Source of the DNA: Candidatus Phoenicimicrobium oleiphilum
Lineage (GTDB): Bacteria > Atribacterota > Phoenicimicrobiia > Phoenicimicrobiales > Phoenicimicrobiaceae
NCBI GenBank assembly: GCA_039638295.1
Contig: JBDIWJ010000035.1
Location: 1 to 20,978, forward strand
Direction of reading: 5' to 3'
Length of the DNA: 20,978 nt
Below the pieces are notes generated by a model that had not been told where the DNA came from, searched no databases, and saw only the letters and a list, made by a program, of their open reading frames with translations. Shown here one piece after another: positions 17,312 through 20,978 of the stretch. Positions within the stretch are counted from its first letter, which is position 1. The number at the start of each line of letters is the position of its first letter. The position numbers were made by a program, and so were the translations under genes.

Positions 17312-17520
17312 TCGTATCGCGTATTGTGTATCGAGTATATAGTAAAGAGAGAAGAGCAAAGAGAAAAATAACTGAAAAAATAAAAAACTTTCAAGATTTG
17401 AAAATCTGATAAAAAGGAATAGAAGTCGTTAAAGATGTTTATTAATTATTCGCTCAATATTGTTTTATAAGTTGGACAGTTTCTTTTTTAACTATATATT
17501 ACATACTCGATACTCGATAC
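17312..17520 (+). mobile_element. MITE-like cassette copy 2 carrying a four-helix-bundle 5' fragment
   Basis: Left end GTATCGAGTATATAGT (17328-17343), right end ACTATATA..ATACTCGATACTCGATAC (17491-17520). About 10 mismatches over the 127-bp core (17372-17498) against the reverse complement of copy 1, by manual alignment. Confidence 0.7.
17368..17445 (+). pseudogene. Four-helix-bundle protein N-terminal fragment with nonsense mutations
   Basis: Reads ITEKIKNFQDLKI**KGIEVVKDVY*. The TGG CAA (WQ) of copy 1 is TGA TAA here. Confidence 0.72.
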
Positions 17521-17533
17521 TATATTAATATAG

Positions 17534-17562
17534 TTGAGAATAATCTTAATTAATGATATAGT
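17534..17562 (+). promoter_or_regulatory. Probable sigma70 promoter for hflKC
   Basis: TTGAGA-17 bp-TATAGT with an extended -10 TGn. Confidence 0.55.
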
Positions 17563-17622
17563 TTTAACATAAATAATATATAAACGTAATTTTGGTTATT
17601 TTAGTAAAAAGGAGGAATAAAT

Positions 17623-18642
17623 ATGCCAGAATACTATGATGAAGACAAGGATAGAATTATTAATATTGCTGAAAAAATACCGAAATTAAAATTTAGCAAA
17701 AAATTATTCGGTATTATCTTGGTGTTATTAATTGCGCTCTACCTTGCCAGTGGAATTTTTGTGGTTGCTCCTGATGAACAAGGAGTAGTCAAAAGATTTG
17801 GTAAATTTAATCGTATAGTAAGTCCGGGGCTCAACTATCACTTCCCTTATCCCATAGAAACAGTTTTTACTCCAGCAGTTACTCAAGTAAGAAGGGTGGA
17901 AATAGGATTTCGCACTATTAGCCTTGGTCCACCTGCACGTTACCAAGAAATTCCAGCAGAGGCTTTGATGTTAACCGGGGATGAAAATATTGTTAGTGCA
18001 GAAGCAATTGTTCAATACAAAATAAAGGACCCCGTTGACTATCTTTTTAATATTATTTTACCAGAACAGACGGTTAAAAGTGCTGCTGAGGCTGTTTTAA
18101 GGCAAGTAATTGGAGAGAGAAAAATAGATGAAGCACTTACTGTTGGAAAATATGAAATTCAGGAGGAAACAAAGAAAGTACTTCAAACTCTCTTAGATTC
18201 CTATAAATCAGGAATCCTTGTAGTTGCGGTTCAATTACAAGATGTTAACCCACCCAAAGAGGTTCAAGACGCTTTTAAGGATGTAGCCAGCGCAAAAGAA
18301 GATAAAAGTAAATACATAAATCAAGCCCAAGGGTATAAAAACGATATAATTCCCAAGGCTCGAGGAGAGGCAGTAAAAATTACCAAAGAAGCTGAAGGCT
18401 ACAAAATTGAGAGAATAAAAAAAGCTGAAGGTGATATCGCAAAATTCAATAGTATTTTAACTGAATATAAAAAAGGTGAATATATAACTCGAGCTCGCCT
18501 TTATCTGGAAACTATGGAAGAAATTTTACCCAATATGAATAAAGTAATAGTTGATTTAAAGGAAAATCAATCCTTAATAAATCTATTACCCTTAGGCGAT
18601 GCAAATATTCTAACTGCTCCTTCTAAGGAGGTGACCAAGTGA
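17623..18642 (+). CDS. hflK: FtsH protease modulator HflK
   Basis: AAGGAGG RBS, N-terminal TM helix and SPFH domain (GVVKRFGK, PGLNYHFPYPIE, MLTGDENIV, VQDAFKDV, IPKARGEA, RLYLETME). Confidence 0.96.
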   Translation: MPEYYDEDKDRIINIAEKIPKLKFSKKLFGIILVLLIALYLASGIFVVAPDEQGVVKRFGKFNRIVSPGLNYHFPYPIETVFTPAVTQVRRVEIGFRTISLGPPARYQEIPAEALMLTGDENIVSAEAIVQYKIKDPVDYLFNIILPEQTVKSAAEAVLRQVIGERKIDEALTVGKYEIQEETKKVLQTLLDSYKSGILVVAVQLQDVNPPKEVQDAFKDVASAKEDKSKYINQAQGYKNDIIPKARGEAVKITKEAEGYKIERIKKAEGDIAKFNSILTEYKKGEYITRARLYLETMEEILPNMNKVIVDLKENQSLINLLPLGDANILTAPSKEVTK

Positions 18643-19493
18643 TGAAAAAAGGAACAATTGCTATTATAATTATAATAACTCTATTAATTTTAGCTAATTT
18701 AACTTTGTTTATTGTTGATGAAACTAAGCAAGCAATTGTATTACAATTTGGTAAACCAATAAGAGTAATTAAAGAACCTGGCTTAAACTTTAAACTTCCT
18801 TTTATTCAAAATGTATTATTTTTTGAAGACCGGCTATTGGTATACGATGCTGCTCCCACTGAGGTTATCACTAAAGATAAAAAAACCTTAATTGTGGACA
18901 ATTATGCTCGCTGGAAAATTTTAGACCCTTTAACATTTTTACAAACTGTTAGAGATTTAAATGGTGCCCAGGCAAGATTAGATGATATTATATATTCCGA
19001 ATTGAGAGTTGACTTAGGATTATTTAATATGAGCGAAATAGTGTCAGAAAAAAGAGAATCTATTATGAGAAGGGTTACCAACATAAGCAATGAAAAGGCT
19101 AATACTTACGGTATAGAAATTGTGGATGTAAGAATCAAAAGAGTTGATTTGCCTCCAGAAAATGAAAAATATATCTTTGAAAGAATGAGGGCAGAAAGAG
19201 AGCGAATAGCAAAACAATACAGAGCTGAAGGGCAGGAAGAAGCAGCTAAAATTATTGCAGAAACCGAAAGAGAGAAAACGGTTATTTTGGCTGAAGCTTA
19301 TAAAACTGCTCAAACTTTAAAGGGTGAGGGAGAAGCAGAGGCTGTTAGAATATATGCGGAGAGTTTTAATCAAGATCCTGAATTTTATAAATTTTACAGA
19401 ACTTTAGAAGCTTATAAAAATACTTTTAGAGAGAAAACCACTGTCTTACTTTCTACTGATTCTGAATTTTTGAAATACTTAAGCAAACCCTGA
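18639..19493 (+). CDS. hflC: FtsH protease modulator HflC
   Basis: Overlaps the hflK stop (GTGATG) with an AGGAGG RBS. TM helix, QAIVLQFGKP, RMRAERERIA and DPEFYKFYRTLEAY. The start could be the ATG at 18642. Confidence 0.96.
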   Translation: MMKKGTIAIIIIITLLILANLTLFIVDETKQAIVLQFGKPIRVIKEPGLNFKLPFIQNVLFFEDRLLVYDAAPTEVITKDKKTLIVDNYARWKILDPLTFLQTVRDLNGAQARLDDIIYSELRVDLGLFNMSEIVSEKRESIMRRVTNISNEKANTYGIEIVDVRIKRVDLPPENEKYIFERMRAERERIAKQYRAEGQEEAAKIIAETEREKTVILAEAYKTAQTLKGEGEAEAVRIYAESFNQDPEFYKFYRTLEAYKNTFREKTTVLLSTDSEFLKYLSKP

Positions 19494-19494
19494 A

Positions 19495-19780
19495 ATCTCG
19501 TATCAAGTATCGCGTATCGAGTATCGCGTTTGTTCCCCCTCACCCTCTCTCCAGAAGGGGAGAGGGAATGGAGGGGGAATAAAGGATTTATTACTTTAAT
19601 TTTATTCTACACTCTATATGGAATTCTGACTCCTAACTACTGACTCCTGAATTCTTTTTTACGAGATACGAATTAGACTCCTGGTTCCCGACTTGTATTT
19701 TCTTCACTATATACGCGATACTCGATACTAGTTATCCTATACGCTAGATGAACCTACTCTCCGCTATCTTGCTATACGCT
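19495..19780. repeat. Spacer cassette between convergent genes: left heptamer arm, GC-rich hairpin, CTCCTGA-type heptamers, right arms
   Basis: ATCTCGT-ATCAAGT-ATCGCGT-ATCGAGT-ATCGCGT at 19495-19529, TACGAGATACGAATTA at 19660-19675 and CACTATATACGCGATACTCGATAC at 19705-19728. Confidence 0.78.
19533..19579. terminator. GC-rich hairpin, REP-like and a possible bidirectional terminator
   Basis: Outer stem TTCCCCCTC/GAGGGGGAA and inner stem CCCTCTCTCC/GGGGAGAGGG, between convergent hflC and the dehydrogenase. No clear U-tract. Confidence 0.5.
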
Positions 19781-19783
19781 AAT

Positions 19784-20977
19784 TTAGTATTCTAATTCTG
19801 TGTCTATTTGATTTTCTGGTTCTTCCCCATAATAAATCCTTACTATATTATCAAAAACAGATTTTATATTTTCCTCTAAAGCTTTATCAGTATATCCTGC
19901 CGTATGAGGGCTCATCACCACATTATCTAATCTATGAAAATCATATTTGCTTGGAAGTACTTCTCTTTGTTTTGAAGAAGGATATTGATACCAGGTATCT
20001 ATAGCAGCTCCAGCGAGATATCTTTTTTCCAGTGCTTTAAATAAAGCTTTTTCATCAATAATTGCACCACGAGCAATATTGATAAGATATTTTCCTTTCA
20101 TTAATTTCAATTCTTTCTCCCCAATTAAACCTTTAGTTCTTGAAGTAAGGGGTACAGCTACTACTATAAAGTCTGCTTTTTTAATTACATTATGTAAGTC
20201 TTTTTCTTCTCCAAGGAATTCTAAAATCTCCCTCTTCTCTAAATCTTGCTCTCCAATTTTATTTTTCAAAGCATATATCTTCATACCAAAACTTTTTGCT
20301 CTTTTTGCTATTTCCCAACCGATTGAACCTAAACCTATTATACCTAAACTTGTCCCTTGAAGTTGAATGGTGGGTTCTTTGGTAGAAAATCCATGCCATT
20401 TTCCTAATCTTAAATCTCTATCATAATTAACTACATTCTTTGCTAAAGCAAGGATGAGGGCAAAAGTATGTTCAGATACCGCAATTTTATTAGCATGAAT
20501 ATTGCAAACATAAATATCAGAAAATCTTTTATATAAATTAAAATCTAATTTATCTACACCAGCAAAAGGAATTTGGAATAATTTTAATTTCTTTGCCTGA
20601 CTGAGGTCTTCCTGGCTTAAATTTCCTCCTATAACTACTTCCACCTCGGGAAGGAGTTTTTTAATGGTATCTTTCGCTTCATCTTCAGGTATAATAAATT
20701 CAATATTAAGTCTTGCCTTTTGATTTAATTTATTAAATGAGTCTCTCCACATTTGTGATTTCACCATTTTACTTAAAATTAAAACTTTCATTTTTAGCCG
20801 GTCTTTTAATTTTCTTTCTACTTCCTCTTTTTGTAAAAAATTTCGTACTGCTATCAGGTGTTTGCATTCAAGTTTCATTTTTAAGGCCCTCTTGGTAAAA
20901 TCAGCACATTCACATTGCGGAACATTTATATTAACAGTATAATATTTTCCTGACTTCGAACTACTTACTATAAAATA
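19784..20977 (-). CDS. D-isomer-specific 2-hydroxyacid dehydrogenase with in-frame N-terminal SWIM zinc finger (5' end outside the window)
   Basis: GIIGLGSIG Rossmann motif, VPLTSRTKGLIG, INIARG, AAIDTW and SPHTAG. The frame has no stop from 20977 and reads YFIVSSSKSGKYYTVNINVPQCECADFTKRALKMKLECKHLIAV before the dehydrogenase domain, which begins at about 20791. Confidence 0.88.
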   Translation of the reverse strand, partial: YFIVSSSKSGKYYTVNINVPQCECADFTKRALKMKLECKHLIAVRNFLQKEEVERKLKDRLKMKVLILSKMVKSQMWRDSFNKLNQKARLNIEFIIPEDEAKDTIKKLLPEVEVVIGGNLSQEDLSQAKKLKLFQIPFAGVDKLDFNLYKRFSDIYVCNIHANKIAVSEHTFALILALAKNVVNYDRDLRLGKWHGFSTKEPTIQLQGTSLGIIGLGSIGWEIAKRAKSFGMKIYALKNKIGEQDLEKREILEFLGEEKDLHNVIKKADFIVVAVPLTSRTKGLIGEKELKLMKGKYLINIARGAIIDEKALFKALEKRYLAGAAIDTWYQYPSSKQREVLPSKYDFHRLDNVVMSPHTAGYTDKALEENIKSVFDNIVRIYYGEEPENQIDTELEY

Positions 20978-20978
20978 A

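Noticed and set aside
267..20360. Short antisense ORFs inside uvrA, uvrB, ade, polA, dnaE, pfk, fba, hflK, hflC and the dehydrogenase
   Set aside because: They are shadow frames fully overlapping well-conserved genes.

Overview
An AT-rich bacterial chromosomal window of housekeeping genes; the gene set suggests an anaerobe, possibly Atribacterota, which is an unverified guess. The minus strand carries uvrA, uvrB, adenine deaminase, coaE, polA, a small DUF2007-like gene, dnaE, a probably PPi-dependent phosphofructokinase, class II fba, and a 2-hydroxyacid dehydrogenase whose frame stays open to the window edge and includes an N-terminal SWIM zinc finger. The plus strand carries tRNA-Leu(CAA) and hflK-hflC. 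The most unusual signal is intergenic. Most long spacers are bracketed by degenerate 7-bp tandem arrays in inverted orientation, (CGTATCN)n on the left and (NGATACG/ATACTCG)n on the right. Three of these cassettes enclose decayed fragments of a four-helix-bundle (23S rRNA IVP/bAvd-like) gene that the ORF track misses. Two of them are copies of the same ~190-bp truncated unit, inverted around pfk-fba. Others enclose REP-like palindromes of several families. A perfect 20-bp palindrome between uvrB and uvrA looks like a cassette collapsed to its two arms. Together these suggest a family of hairpin-bounded, intervening-sequence-like mobile cassettes that colonise operon spacers. No transposase, reverse transcriptase or CRISPR array is visible in the window.
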